Part shown: piece after piece, positions 12,030-25,649 of the stretch
Layout: the number at the start of each line of letters is the position of its first letter
How positions within the stretch are numbered: position 1 is the first letter of the stretch
Notes under the pieces: model-generated
Told to the model about the DNA's origin: nothing
The model's database searches: none
The model's input: the letters and a program-made list of their open reading frames with translations, nothing else
Translations under genes and position numbers: made by a program
Assembly: GCA_038087875.1 (NCBI GenBank)
Contig: CM075990.1
Span: 13,518,001-13,578,000 of the forward strand
DNA: 60,000 nt
Source: Malacoraja senta
Lineage: Eukaryota
Reading direction: 5' to 3'

Positions 12030-13960
12030 CAACAAACCAATACGTTCATGTAAAGGATGTGGTTCATTAGTTACAGGGTTTACAAGCAGTTTTACCTGCT
12101 TTGGAATAACCATAAGGGGTTCTTTGATTATGTTTAACACCAGTGGGTACCATAGCTGTGTAGGCCAATCTGGCCCCACCAAAATTCCCGAGGCTGAGTC
12201 CTGTTAAATGTTCTGTATGCATCGATTGATTAAACAAAATGGAGGAAATGCATACAGAAACATATCACCCCAATGTAGCGAGAAAGCATCCACCGCTACT
12301 GCACCAGGATCAGGTTCCCATGACACATACTTAGGCAATTGGTGGTTAAGTCCTGATGCAAACAAATCAATCTGTGGCATTCCAAATTGTGTTACAATTT
12401 GCTTAAATATTTCCTGATGCAACATCCATTCTGTATTATCATTAAATTTACGTGATCTTTTGTCTGCAATTAAGTTAAATTTTCCTGGTAAATATATTGC
12501 TGACAGCCAGATTTTCCTGGCAATACACCAGGTCCACATTTCATTTGCCAATCTATCACATGATTCTGACTTGATACCACCCATGTGATTTATGTATGCT
12601 ACAGCTGTAGTATTGTCAACATGTACCTGAACATGCACATTTCCCATATTAGTGCAATAAGCTTTAAGACCATAAAATGCTCCTAACAGCTCTAGGTAAT
12701 TTATCCCTTGATTTTCAAGCCAAGGTACTTCATCCACATTCCACCTACCTCCACAGCTGGAAATCATGTTAGTTGCAACCCATCCAAGAGCACTTACATC
12801 AGTCTGTAGAATAACGGAAGGTGTTTCTACCAAAACTTTTCTGGAAGCATTAGAGACATTGTTAATCCACCATTCTATTTCTGTAATGGGTCCAATTGTC
12901 AATTGCATGGGCCTGTCAAAATGCCCTGTATTCATCTTTAATGCTTATACCTTAGCCCTCTGTAAACATTGATAATGCAATGGTCCAAATCTTACAGCTG
13001 GAAAAGCAGCAATTAATTTGCCCAGCAAGCTTGCCACTTGTCTAATTGAAGGCTTGTCCTCGTTTATGAGCTCAGTGCAACCTTCAATTAACTGCAGCCT
13101 TTTGTCTTTTGGCAAGGTGAATACCATGTGTTCAGAGTTAATTGTGAACCCCAGGTAATCAATCTTCTTGCTTGGTAACAATTTTGATTTTTGTAGGTGA
13201 ATAATGAAGCCCATTTTTTCAAAAAATGTACTTGAACCTGGAGAATGACAACTTTGCGGTAGGCAAAGTGTCCCCCACAATCAGAATATCATCCAAATAA
13301 GCCATTAATACATGGCCCTCAGCTCTTAGCAGAGCTAAAAATGGTTTGAGTAATTTTGTGAATAATCTTGGTGCTGAAGTCAGACCATTGGGCAATGCTT
13401 TAAATTGCCATAACTGACATTCATCTAAATTTTAAATATTTTTGATCATTACCATGCATTGCCACAAAATAATATGCATCTTGCAGATCTATGCTTGCCA
13501 TGTAGCAATTACTTGTGACCAGCTGAATGGCATTAGTAAATGTTTCCATTTTGAAATGTTTATATTGTACATAAAGGTTAAGACTTGTCAGATCCAGAAT
13601 AATTCTACAACCTCCATCCTTTTTTGTTCTAGGAAAAATATTTGACACAAACTGATGGTGTTGTTCTACTGACTTTTCTATTACCCCTTTGTCGCATAAA
13701 ATTTTCAATTCTCCCTCGATCAGCTTATTCTCTTCCTTTGAGAAAATCCGTGACCGGTTTGAATTATGCTGAATAGGAGGATCCAAATGTAAATAGAACT
13801 CAATTTTGAATCCCACAATGCTGCACAGTATAAACGAATCATTTGTTATTAATTGCCATTCTTTTAGGAAGAATCGTAACCTTCCCCCTATTTGTGAGTG
13901 TGAAACATTTGTTGTGTTTCTTACCAGACCAGGCCCCCCTACCTCAGGGTTTGCCACCGG
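12030..13960 (-). pseudogene. DIRS-A RT - RNase H - adenine-methyltransferase-like ORF, disrupted
   Basis: GGRLRFF, RIILDL, SIDLQDAY, LPNGLTSAP, YLDD (13288-13299), LQTDVSALGW, INYLELL, DNTTAVAYINHMGG, IDLFAS, YAFPPF. Confidence 0.93.
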
Positions 13961-13979
13961 CAAATGTTGTCCCCTTCTA

Positions 13980-14912
13980 GTAGGTACGTTGTAACCTCCA
14001 CGTATCCCCGGCGCAGCACGGCAATGTGTATATGAGAATGATCGGCTTGTTCCTTCTCCAGCACCAGCATTCCGTCTGTAGGGATACTGCCTTCGCACCG
14101 CTCTGCTCAGCATAGGTGGTTTCATCATCATACCACTCATGGTCTTTGACTCTTCATTTAGGTCCTTTAGCTTCTTTGCTAGATTTTCTCCAAAAAGCAG
14201 ATTAGGCATTTGTATATTGGATGGTTTACAGAGCCCTGCATACTTAGGATGAATATTTGGTCTTATTGCATTTTTACGAATACAGTTTATTTCAAAGTGC
14301 GCACTACACATGAGTGCTAAGGCATCTTGTTGTGAATCCGATATAAAATCTTCATCCAACCCCCTGGCAAACGCCGTAATGCCTGACCCCAGCAATTTCA
14401 GCACTCGTTGTAATTTCAATTCTTGTGAGCGTAATCCAATGCTCAAATAACCCCATATCAAGTTATTCACCGCTGGGACTGCTAGCAGTTCACAATTTGC
14501 CGGGGTCTCATATTTTTTAATAGTCTCATCCATAGTTAATTCCTGGAGCTGATGGGAGAGCAGATAATTTATAGTCATTGGCCTCTTCCATAGGCTAACA
14601 CGGACTGAAATCCTCCTGTGGGGGTTCTTTATAAATCATTTTCCCCATCAGAAGTTCCAAGCTCGTGACCCTAGCAGCCATTACATTTTCGGACTGGGGA
14701 GGGTATTCCTCCGGGTCTGACTCATCGGAGTCTGCTGGTCGTGTGGACTTTTGTCCTGCCTTGTGCCCCACCGCCGGTGGTATAACGGCACTATCGACCG
14801 CAACGGGAGTTAATGGCCTCGCTGCCACTGACTCCTCTAACTGACGCCCACTACCCTCAGGAACTTGGGTTTTACCTGTGGTGCGTCTCTTTCCCTTACG
14901 CCCTTTCTCCAT
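13980..14912 (-). pseudogene. DIRS-A gag-like ORF1, with internal deletion and stop
   Basis: MEKGRKGK start; YETPANCELLAVPAVN...ELKLQRVLK...NCIRKNAIRP homologous to DIRS-B ORF1. Confidence 0.85.
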
Positions 14913-15071
14913 GATGAACTTGCGTGGAGTCCACCAACAAGTCTGACGAGAAAAAAGCGCTCCTGGAAGTGAAAGTGAAAGCACTTACATTCCGACTTTT
15001 TGCTTTACTCACCGCTTGGAGGAGCTCCTGCTCCTCCACACACGGTCATGAACGCTATGCGTCTGACGATA

Positions 15072-15135
15072 TGACGCGTGTGCGGCTGGACGGGCTCTTC
15101 TTCACCTAGTCACTCCCGTGACTCCGATGTTAAAT
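15072..15135 (-). repeat. DIRS-A left ITR
   Basis: Reverse complement atttaacatcggagtcacgggagtgactaggtgaagaagagcccgtccagccgcacacgcgtca matches the ICR and rITR with 5 mismatches. Confidence 0.88.
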
Positions 15136-17834
15136 CTTTGTTGGCTGGTTTTATGTAGTCTTTTTCTGTCCTCCTCAGGCTAACATTATCCAGCAACTTT
15201 CAACACTGTTTCAATTTGCTCATTCTGTCAGGAGTCTTCACACTGGATCAGACGTTCATTTACTGTGACCCTGTAAATATTGTGAACCAAACCTACTCTA
15301 AATATATTGGGATATCTGCGTAAATTGGCTGTGTAAATTTATAAGCTGACAATGGGTTCTATATGTCCGAAGATGAATGTTTTGTGTCCACTGATTTCCA
15401 ATTAAAAACAAAACAAAATTAACATCAATTCTAAATTATCCTTTGCTGAAAGGAAAGCAGATGCTGGTAATCTAAAAAAGGCATCATGGAACCATTCAGC
15501 AGTTCTGAGATCTACATCTGACAAACTGTGTCAGAGCTGAATCATCAACTATGTTTCTCTTCCCACAGATGCTGCTTAACCTGCTGAGTGTTTCCAATAT
15601 TTTTCTGCTTTTATTATTCTCTGCATCCTGTCACAGAACCAATATTGGTTCCCATTTGTCAGTCCACTTTGTGTAGAGTTTCGCATGCATGGTTTTGTAA
15701 AAAGCCGTGCTGAGATCATGTGGACCACATCAACCGTTCTCCCCCATTGATCCTCATTGTACCAACTTAAAGATTTAAATCAAGTTTATCAGCTATGAAT
15801 TTCCTTACCAAAATAAACAAATCGGATTATTTTAGAACCCTATTCCTTGTTTTTCTTTTACATATGTTATTCAACTACTCGATTATTCATATTTTATGTC
15901 AAAAGATCATCTCTTGGAATAAAAAGCAACAGGAATTCTTTTAATATATTTTGTAATAACATGTTAAAATGTCACTCTAATATGACTTTTCCACCCATTA
16001 AATTGTAAAAATACATTGCTAAGTTAGGCTCTTCACAGACAGATTGGTTTAAGGTAATGACATGTGGCCTTGAACTTGCTGATAAATTACCTATACCATT
16101 AACAATACTAACACAGGATGCAATGAGTATAGACAAAGAACTGCAGGTGCAGGTTTACAATGGGCATAATTGTTGCTGTATTAAGTTCTCCTGTTCCCGA
16201 ACAAGCAGCTCCACAACCACTATGATGCCCATGATGAAATTGATCCGCTCATTTCGATCATGTACAATGAACTTTCAGTTTCTTTCCCAATCGCATAATC
16301 TATCTGGTTTGAACTTAATTGAATTTAATGAGCGTTACAACAGTAATCATAGTTCTCTTCAAGATCTTGCAGCCTCAAATGTCATGAATATTACTATTGG
16401 ATATTGGTGTACAAACAAAACCAATGATGAGTTAATGGCATTTGTGAAATTTGCTTAAGAGGTCTTTGCTAAGCAAAATTGGAAGCATTTTGAATGTAAG
16501 AATCTACAACTATTGGCTATTGATTTTTGGTATTGATGACAGTGGTACTTATACAAGGCAGACTAGTCAAGGTTTCCACTGCTTCAAAGTCACGCATGGA
16601 GGTTAATTCTGAACTAATGGACTGGAGGTCGGGGTGCAATGTACAACAGTAATTAAAATATCTCATTGCAATATCATGAACACAATCTGTTTTCTGATCA
16701 ATAAACAGTGTCGGCTGGCTAATGAGCTGCAAGTTACAACTCCCTGATCGCGTGTTGGGGTCTATTACATGCCTTCAATGGAAAGTAAATCAATTCAGTA
16801 ACAATCATGCACTGTCATTGTGGTTGTAAAACTAGTCTTAAAAGAAGAGCAATGCATAGAGCATTTGACGCATTTTGTTTGGTTGCAAAGGAGATATAGT
16901 AAGTTTAGATTTTAAAAGCGTATTTATCCCTCAGCCAAATAATTATCTGATGATTATCTCATTGCTCTCTGTGGGGTCTAACAATGCTCAAACTGCACTC
17001 ATAACATTACAACATTCTCACATGAGAACATTGATTGCAATTCAACAGTATAATACTTCATTGCTTAACAAGGGCTTTGGAGGTTTGAAAGCTGTGAAAG
17101 ACGATGGACATTTTTGTAATTGGAAAAACAGTCTTTGGAATGGGAAGCCAGTTCTAATAAAGACAAATCATATATTTCCAAGGAATAAAATGTATCCATG
17201 TTCAATGCTGTAACACCATTTATTCAGCACAATGTATGCAATGAATGTTGAGAAACATCTGAACATCTTGAAATATTCTATCCTTAAGATAATTAATTAG
17301 TGGAGTATCACCAATTAATAGGTTAGACTCAAAAATAATGTTGTTGTTTTAATTCAGAGAACATTGATTGTATGGGGCCATATGTAACAAAATACACCAA
17401 AAAAAACAAAATACTGATTCTAAATTTTACTAGTTTGAAAAGTTGACATTAAGGAAATGCTGAGTGTTGTATATTTTCCAATGTTCAGAAGATGTGCAAT
17501 TGGAGTATTCATTCAAAGCTAATGCAAGCCTTCTATTAATAACATTCTGTGATGCATGTGAAGGACATTTGGTTAAAAGGAAAAAAACACAGTAGTTCAA
17601 CACTTGATATACCTATATTTCCAATACTTGTGCCAAACCATTGAGGTTGGAAATGTGTTCATGAATTCCAAAGGGTAAACAAAAAATATGACATTGTATT
17701 ATTGAAAATTGGGTTAATCTACAGATGAGCAATTTTGTGCACATTTTCGAGTGTCTTGGTATCGGTTAGGGATACAGCATTTTCATGCATTGTATAATAT
17801 TATTTGTGACATAAGATGTGCTTTGAAAATAAAC

Positions 17835-17948
17835 AAAACTGCAAATGCTGAAAGTCTGAAATAAAACTGAAACAATCAGCAGGTCAGGCAGCATCTATGG
17901 ACAGAGAAGTAGAGTTATTGTTTCAATTCGGGGACCTTTCATTAGAAC
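17835..17948 (-). repeat. Old Penelope-derived 3' module
   Basis: Reverse complement: ttctaatgaaaggtccccgaattgaaacaataactctacttctctgtccatagatgctgcctgacctgctga. Confidence 0.65.
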
Positions 17949-18324
17949 GGTTAATAGTTTCACAGGGAACAGTAAGATGTATTAAATTTGCCCGCATGCC
18001 ATTTTCACTCATAATCACTCATAGAGCAACCAGGTTTAACAACAACCCAGAAACATATTCTACTTTAAAATGTCTTCTGTAGATAAAAGTGGTACGTCAT
18101 GGACATCCATATGTCCAGGTCACTGTATTTCTCAACCTACAAGCATCAGCAGTATTCCAGCCAATGAATGTCATATATCTCAGATTGCTGATGATTGATG
18201 CAGTAGGAAGGTCATTGATATTTTCTCCTGCAATACTGTAGACTTCACCTCCCCTTCCTTTAATGTACAGGAACAGGTGGAACGGGGGCCAGCTTCCACA
18301 AGGTACAGACCATCAAAATATGCT

Positions 18325-19275
18325 TGAAAGTAGGAGACAGAGAGTGGTGATCGAGGTTGCTTCTCAGACTGGAGGTTTGGAACAAGTGGTGTACCAGAGG
18401 GATCAATTTTTATTCATCATTTATATTAATGGATGAGAATGTGGGTGGCACGTTTAGTAAGTTTGTGGATGACACTAAAATTGGTGACATACTAGAGAGT
18501 TAAGAAGGTTATCTAATGTTACAATGTGATCTTGATCAACTTGGCCAATGCATGATGTTGCATTGTGCTAAGGTAGACCAGGCAATACACAATAAATTGG
18601 AGAGTGTTATACTGAAGGAACATAGGAACATAGTTCCTTGAAAGTGGAGATACAGGTTGACAGAGTGTTGATGAAGGAGTTTAGCACACCTGGCTTCATT
18701 GATCAGGGCATTGAGTACAGGAGTTGGAATGTCTTGTCACGGCTGTACAAGATAGTGATAACTGTGCAGTGTCTGGCCATCTGAAGCATGTCACTAAATC
18801 GGAAAGGGCGTAGAAAACCAATTAATGATGATATTACCGGGTCTGGAAGGTTTGAATTATAAAGAGAGGCTGGATATGCTAGGACCTTTTCCATGGAGCG
18901 CTGGAGGCTGAGGGGCGACCTTTTGGAGCCATATAAAATCGTGATAGTCACAGATAAGGTGAATAGCTACAGTCTTCTCCCAGGATAGGGGATTCTAAAA
19001 CTTGTATGTAGAGATTTAAGGTGAGAGGGGAACGATTTAAAAGGGACCTAATATGATACGATAGAACTTTAGCAACTTTTTCACACAGATGGTGGTGGGC
19101 ATATGGAACAAGCTGCTAGAGGAAGTGGTAGAGACAGGTACAATTAAGACATTTGAAAGATATTTGCACAGGGGCATGGCTAGGAAAGGTCTGGTAGGAT
19201 ATGAGCCAGGTTCACACAAATAATACTAGCCCAGTTATGCAACTTGGTCATCATGGATGAGTTGAGCCAAAGGGA
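18325..19275 (+). mobile_element. Degenerate CR1 (HER1-like) LINE, 3' ORF2
   Basis: agtggtgtaccagagggatc (SGVPEGS), agtaagtttgtggatgacact (KFVDDT), ggaggctgaggggcgacct, CR1-type 3' end. Confidence 0.8.
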
Positions 19276-19404
19276 TGAGAATCACCAACAAACTGTGGTA
19301 TAACTTAGCTTGAGTAAGGAGAAGATAGTTACTTAATGTCTTGTACAATGGGAAGAAGATTGTGTTTAATGTCTTTCTTCTGCCTATGACTAAGTATGGC
19401 CTAT

Positions 19405-19630
19405 CAGGAATAAAAACAGAATAAGCACTAAATACTCACAGGTTAAGCAACTGTAGTGGAGAGAGAATTGTAGTTAATATATTTTAGGTCAATGACCTTT
19501 TATCAGAATAAGCCATGAAGATTTGATGAAAGCACATTGGCCTGAGCTCTGTTCCTCTCTATCTAGATACTGTCCGACATTTATGAATATTTTTTTTTAA
19601 ATTTGGGATTTCCAGCATCTGCAGTTTTTT
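19405..19630. repeat. Head-to-head pair of old Penelope-derived 3' modules
   Basis: Minus copy (ctgataaaaggtcattgacctaaaa) next to a plus copy (ttgatgaaagcacattggcctgag...ttccagcatctgcag). Confidence 0.55.
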
Positions 19631-21130
19631 TTGCTATTATGAATAATTAGACCTAGTTGTGACTTATAGACTAATACATTGGCTGAGTGCATATGTTATA
19701 TGCAGAGTCAGCTTCCTTAAGTTCTGCCAATAATGCTCAAAATTCGGGCCAACCTAATAGCTTTTATTTTGGTCCCGCACTAGCCCTGATTAAATTGAGA
19801 AATTATGTTGACAGCGTATAAAGCATACTATATAAGGTTGATTGATGCAGGAATTTTTTTTTTTTATAGATTGCAATTATTACTTAAATAATTGAACAAT
19901 CCATCACAAATGATTTTAAAATTTGTTGGGGTTTGGGGTAAATGTAATAGAAGGTAAATCAGGCCTGATATTTTAAATCTTTAAGCGATCGCCCATTCTT
20001 GAGCACTAAGCAGCCATGCCCATATCTTTTGCAAGCTTCAGAAGGGTTAAACTGTTTTAGTCTTCCGAGCAGATTAAACTCTCCGCTTACTCGGTCAGTA
20101 AAATAATGGCTTAAAATTGTAAATGGCAGCTGGAGGCCAAAGCTTGATAGCTACTTTGTAAAGCAACGTTAAGGTCATTGACTTTAATCCAACTGTTCAC
20201 AGTTTGTCCTTCTTATTCATTTTATAACGATCGGTTGGAAGGGATCAGTACAAAACTATGGTGCGCTTCTGAGTGGGTAATTGTGTGCATAGATGAAAAA
20301 TGTGACACCAAGAATATTTCAAGTATCCAATCAAGTGTGGCGAAACAAGGCGAAAAGTAAAAGTTTAAGCTAAAGTTTAGCTTCAAAAATATCTTTGGAT
20401 TAATGACCAGCTTTTAAATAGTGTGTATCAAGGATAAAACTATCTGTGAGTGTGCAAGAAATAAGAACAGATGTAAGAAGAGTCCTTAATAATGGATTCC
20501 AGCATTTTTGCAATAACAGACAGTGGGCTAACTGTTCTATGGTTTCCTTCTCTCCGTCTCTTCTTTCATCAGTGGAGGTTATATATGAAAGGATTTCTGT
20601 TCAATGTTTCTCTCCAGAATCTTGGGAATTTTAGAAAATTCTAACCAATTCATTCATTTCCTTTGTAGCCTTAAAAAAAATATCCTAGGAAGAAGGTTAT
20701 ACAATCTCATCAGACTGTAGTCCCATTAGTTTAACTAGTTCAACTTCTCCATAAGTGATAGTGATTCATTTAAGTTCCTCCCTCACAGATTCTCTGCTAT
20801 TATTAGAATGGTTTTAGCATCTTCTACCATTGAATGTGTATGTTTAGCCATCTTTCCTTTTGACTTTATATATTCATGTTCTTATTATGTCAACTCTTAG
20901 TGGCCGTGTAAAATGAGAACAAAACATAATGAAAAATGAACAACAGGTTTAACAGCAGCTATGAAGTGCAAAGGATGACCGATGTTTGGATTTGACGTAT
21001 TTGAGTAATAGCTAGAGAGGATTCTGTTCACGGCTAGAGAATGAAAACACAACAGGGTAGAACTGCTGAAGTCTTCTTTTGGATGCTCTGAATACTGTGG
21101 AACGCAGAATTACTGGAAGGATTACTGGAA

Positions 21131-21380
21131 CCGCTTGGGCAGTTTGCACCCCAGTGGTATGAACATTGACTTCTCTAATTTCAGGTAGTCCTTACTTTCT
21201 CCTCCCCTTCTCAGCTCTCCCTCAGCCCTCTGGCTCCACCTCTTCCTTTCTTCCTCCCGCCCCCCCCTCCCCCACCCTCACATCAGTCTGAAGAAGGGTT
21301 TCGACCCGAAACGTTGCCTATTTCCTTCGCTCCACAGATGCTGCCTCACCCGCTGAGTTTGTCCAGCATTTTTGTCTACC
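21131..21380 (+). mobile_element. 5'-truncated Penelope-like element (ORF end + 3' module with hammerhead motif)
   Basis: RLGSLHPSGMNIDFSNFR* matches the 56104 C-terminus; 12-bp TSD tactggaaggat at 21111-21122 and 21381-21392. Confidence 0.88.
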
Positions 21381-22219
21381 TACTGGAAGGATAATTGGGT
21401 TGTAGTAGGTAATGTCCTGGGATTGTAGAAAATTAAGATTGTTTTACCTGCAATGTCGATTGAGTGGTGAATTGAATGATCTCAACACAGAGATAATGTT
21501 TAAAGAAATCAAGGGATATGGGATCAATGCACAAAATTGACACTGAGGAGCAGGCTCAAAAGATCTACTCCTGTTTCAACAAATGCTTTAATATTAAGAT
21601 ACTAATGGGAACCAACAAGAAAGAGGGAGATAAATCTCCACAGATGCTGCCTGACCCTCTGAGGTTTTACTTGCAAAGCTGCAGCAAGTAACAATGTTCT
21701 GTTCCTGGTTCACACGACAATTGATAATTGATTATTCTCTCTCTAGAGTTCCTCCAGCTGTTTTTTTTTGCTCAGGATTTCAGCATTTCTAGCCTCTTGT
21801 ATCTCCACTATGGGACATAATCTAAAAATTAGAACCAGGGCCAAGAAAGAATTTTAGGAAACACCTATACATGTCGGATTGATATAAATTTGAAACATTC
21901 TCCAGTGATCCTCAATTGTTGTGAGGCCATATTAATTTGAAGTGTGTGAAGATTTTGTTAATTAAAGGTTTTAAGGGGTAACTTAATACCCCTTTATACT
22001 CCTTACTATGGATCGACATTGAGAAGGAAATGGTTAGGTCTCAGATCAGCCATAATGTTATTAAATAGTTTAATAAGCTGGAAGGGTTGAAATGCATATT
22101 GTTGTTCCCACAGCACATCCTCAACCTTGTGCAACAGTAAAACAATTTCATTTTACTACCTAAATGAAGTGACTGCCATCACCAAAGCAAGTGACATTTT
22201 CTTCCTTTCTCATCCACAG

Positions 22220-22289
22220 CTATCGCTGTTATATTTGCTGTCATCGTTGGACTGATTTCCATTTATGTTACAGGAGGTTACGTGTACAG
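22220..22289 (+). CDS. Putative host exon encoding a transmembrane helix (xIAVIFAVIVGLISIYVTGGYVYR)
   Basis: Strong acceptor ttttcttcctttctcatccacag, donor CAG|gtaaca, about 22 hydrophobic residues. Confidence 0.65.
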
Positions 22290-23547
22290 GTAACACTTTT
22301 CATGTCCTTGTAGATTAAACATATTTAGAATTATAGATGTTGCAGTGGCAACGATGAATGCTGGACAATTCAATGACCTATGAGAGGGTATTGTGAAGCT
22401 TGCAAAGTAGGCTTTCTGATTTTCAAAAACAATCAGCAGGCACGAGTTGATTTCCATGGTCGATGCTGAAGCTTCCTCACCAAATCAAATAGTTCAACCA
22501 TGATAGTCGTGGGAGTGCTGAATGAATGGTCCAGGGGCAGGGTTTCCTTCAATATTCTATTTTGGGGAAGGTGGACCACTAACCAATATCATGGAATAAA
22601 TTAACAGTGATAAAAACAAAGGATAAATGTTCAACTCAAATCATGTCAAAAATGCCATCTATCCACCCTGAGGAAGCTACAGGGAAAGAATAAGGTAATC
22701 TATAAACTAAACTTTTTCAATGAAACCAATGTAAAACCTGAACAGGAAATGTCAAAGTCCCCTCCCGTGTCCAATACAGTATGTCTTGTTTCCCTATAGC
22801 AGTGGAGTGGCTGAATAGTACTGGGAATTGGGATGGAAGTAGTATATCCATTATATGGGTGAAACCTACATTTTGCTGATTTCCAGGCCACTAGGAGATT
22901 GCAATGGTTCAGGAAGATTACCACTACCTTCTCAAAGGCAGCTAGGGATGGTGAAATATATTCTGGCTTTCACAGTGACATCCAAGTCCTGAAATGTGAA
23001 TGAATGCAAAGCAAGTATTATGCTTTCCGCTCGTGTTGTCCCCACTCCCCCAACATTCCTTAATAAGTGGCGTACAGTTCAATTATATTCTATTATCTAA
23101 ACATTTCATAAAATCAGTTGAAGGATTTGTTGAGTTTACAAAGAGGGTATCAATTGCAAGAATATCCCCATGACTCTGATCACATCACAAAATCACAAGA
23201 GTAGATTTCAAACAACTTATGGCTGTCTCAGCCACACAGTGAGCAAGCTGAGACTTAGCTGGACTTACTCTTCCCATTTGTGCATGCAGAACTAATATTT
23301 TTTTCACCTCGTGATCCAGCCCAAAAGTGGGCATGTGGGGTTTAAAATACATCGCAGCCTGGTATTCAGAGTGTTTGTTTTAACGAGAGGTTTAAGCCAG
23401 TATGAGAATCCTTTTCTCCAGATTGGTCATAGAAGTTGAGGGTTAGCATACAATGCCTGCACGTCAAAATATTAAGGCACACGGGCATGTCAGCTTCTAT
23501 CCTTGCACTACTCTTTGTGATAGGTAGTCCTTTCTTATATTACAGAG

Positions 23548-24210
23548 CAAGTCAAGTCAAGTCAAGTGAGTTTATTGTCATGTGTCCCTGATAGGACAAT
23601 GAAATTCTTGCTTTGCTTCAGCACAACAGAACATAGTAGGCATTGACAACAAGGCATTCTATAAATATATACACACATGAATCAATATACTGATAAAGTG
23701 CAAATAACAGTATTGGCTAATAAAGTTCAGTGTTATGTCCGAGCCTGGTTTAATAGCCTGATGGCTGTGGGGAAGTAGCTATTCCTGATCCTGGTCGTTG
23801 CAGTCTTCAGGCTCCTGTACCTTCTACCTGAAGGTAGTAGGGAGATGAGTGTGTGGCCAGGATGGTGTGGGTCCTTGATGATACTGCCAGCCTTTTTGAG
23901 GCAGCGACTGTGATAGATCCCCTCGATGGAAGGGAGGTCAGAGCCGATGATGGACTGGGCAGTGTTTACTACTTTTTGTAGTCTTTTCCTCTCCAGGGCG
24001 CTCAAGTTGCCGAACCAAGCCACGATGCAACCGGTCAGCATGCTCTCTACTGTGCATCTGTAGAAGTTAGAGAGGGTCCTCCTTGACAAACCGACTCTCC
24101 GTAATCTTCTCAGGAAGTAGAGGCGCTGATGTGCTTTCTTAATAATGGCATCAGTGTTCTCGGACCAGGAAAGATCTTCAGAGATGTGCACGCCCAGGAA
24201 TTTGAAGCTA
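23548..24210 (-). mobile_element. Rex1/Babar-clade LINE, 5'-truncated, well preserved
   Basis: FKFLGVHISEDLSWS...AHQRLYFLRRLRR...RNSYFPTAIRLLN; aataaa + (cttga)n tail. Confidence 0.9.
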
Positions 24211-25232
24211 TCCCTATGATTGACTGCACTGCGGATATCTGCAATTTGAACAGTGGAAAATGTATATGATAATGCATTAGGACAATCCACTTTGTCAGAA
24301 TACTAAATATATTTGGTACAGTATTTTGATAGTTGAAAGGACTCCCTCAGGGAACCTGCCAATGGCTATCCAGAGGATGGCATGTGCATGATACAGTTTG
24401 GTAGGTTTTAAGAGAGAACCTTGCACTGCTTGGCATTAGCTTGCTTGCGTCAGGCCAAAAACAGCCACATAAGTAACATTCGGTATTTTCATAAAGTATT
24501 GCACTTGTAGTTTACTTTAACCCCAAAATGACAATATGATGACTGCTGTTTAAATGCACTCCTTTAATCACTGCCAAATTATAAAGAATTTACTTGTCAA
24601 AGGTCATGTGCCACAAAATGTTCTGAAAATCCTTGCTTTGTTTCAATTCGAGTGTTGTTTTTGTGTTCAGCATTTAGAACAACCAGTATAGTGTATAATT
24701 TTGCAACCCACTTGATTATACAGCATTCACTTAGCTGGGTGATTTAATGACCTTGCCTTTCATTTTCCTAAATCTTTTAATTGTTTATTTTGATGGGGCC
24801 ATTAAATTTATTGGCAAAAACGCACTTCAATTACTTAGGTGTCAAGAGCATTCCATCTAACCTGTAAAATTATGCATTGGTGATTTTGCATTTCTCCAAT
24901 AAATCTGTTCCATCAGTTTTCTGCATCCTGCCACTGAGTCTCATTCACAGTTTCACTGCTCACAAAGCCGTCATTAGCGCACACACACACCCATAATATA
25001 TTTCCCCACCAGACAATCACTCCTGCATTCTTGTGACACCAATGGGCACCAACTCTTGCACAATCATGGATAATATATGTAACTCCACACAGGAATACTT
25101 TTTTTCACACACACGTACAAATCTTACTGCCCCTTGCTCACCAGATTAGCACATTCCACCACCCCTTGCTCTTTGTATCTCTTCTTCACTCAACTTCATC
25201 TGATTTTGCCTATTGGGATCTTATCTGATTTT

Positions 25233-25461
25233 TAACTGGAACTCTCTGCCACAGAGGGTAGTTGACGCCAGTTCATTGGCTATATTTAAGAGGGAGTTAG
25301 ATGTGGCCCTTGTGGCTAAAGGGATCAGGGGGTATGGAGAGAAGGCAGGTACGGGATACTGAGTTGGATAATCAGCCATGATCATATTGAATGGCGGTGC
25401 AGGCTCGAAGGGCCGAATGGCCTACTCCTGCACCTATTTTCTATGTTTCTATGTTTCTATG
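25233..25461 (+). mobile_element. CR1 (HER1-like) 3' fragment
   Basis: Same 3' end as 53701-54362; (tttctatg)n tail. Confidence 0.88.
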
Positions 25462-25585
25462 TTAATGACTTTTTAAAATTCTCTGCATGTATCCACAAAC
25501 TCATGGGAAACAACTAGCCATGTTAAAAAAATGTGATCCCGAGCAAATAAAATAATGATTCTTACAGGCGTTGTGTTTATTTCAG

Positions 25586-25649
25586 GATGAAGTGCTTTCA
25601 GAGGTCTGTGCAGCAACTCCTCAGGTCACCGGGTCACAGCATCAGCATT
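25586..25649 (+). CDS. Putative host exon following the TM exon (MKCFQRSVQQLLRSPGHSISI)
   Basis: tttatttcag acceptor, gtaagt donor, phase-compatible with 22220-22289. Confidence 0.55.

Larger units (their letters stand above)
6120..15135 (-). mobile_element. DIRS1-type tyrosine-recombinase retrotransposon (copy A), interrupted by an L1
   Basis: lITR about 15072-15135, rITR + extension 6120-6229, ICR 6344-6456, gag / RT-RNH-MT / YR coding regions on the minus strand, ATT at both junctions. Confidence 0.95.
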
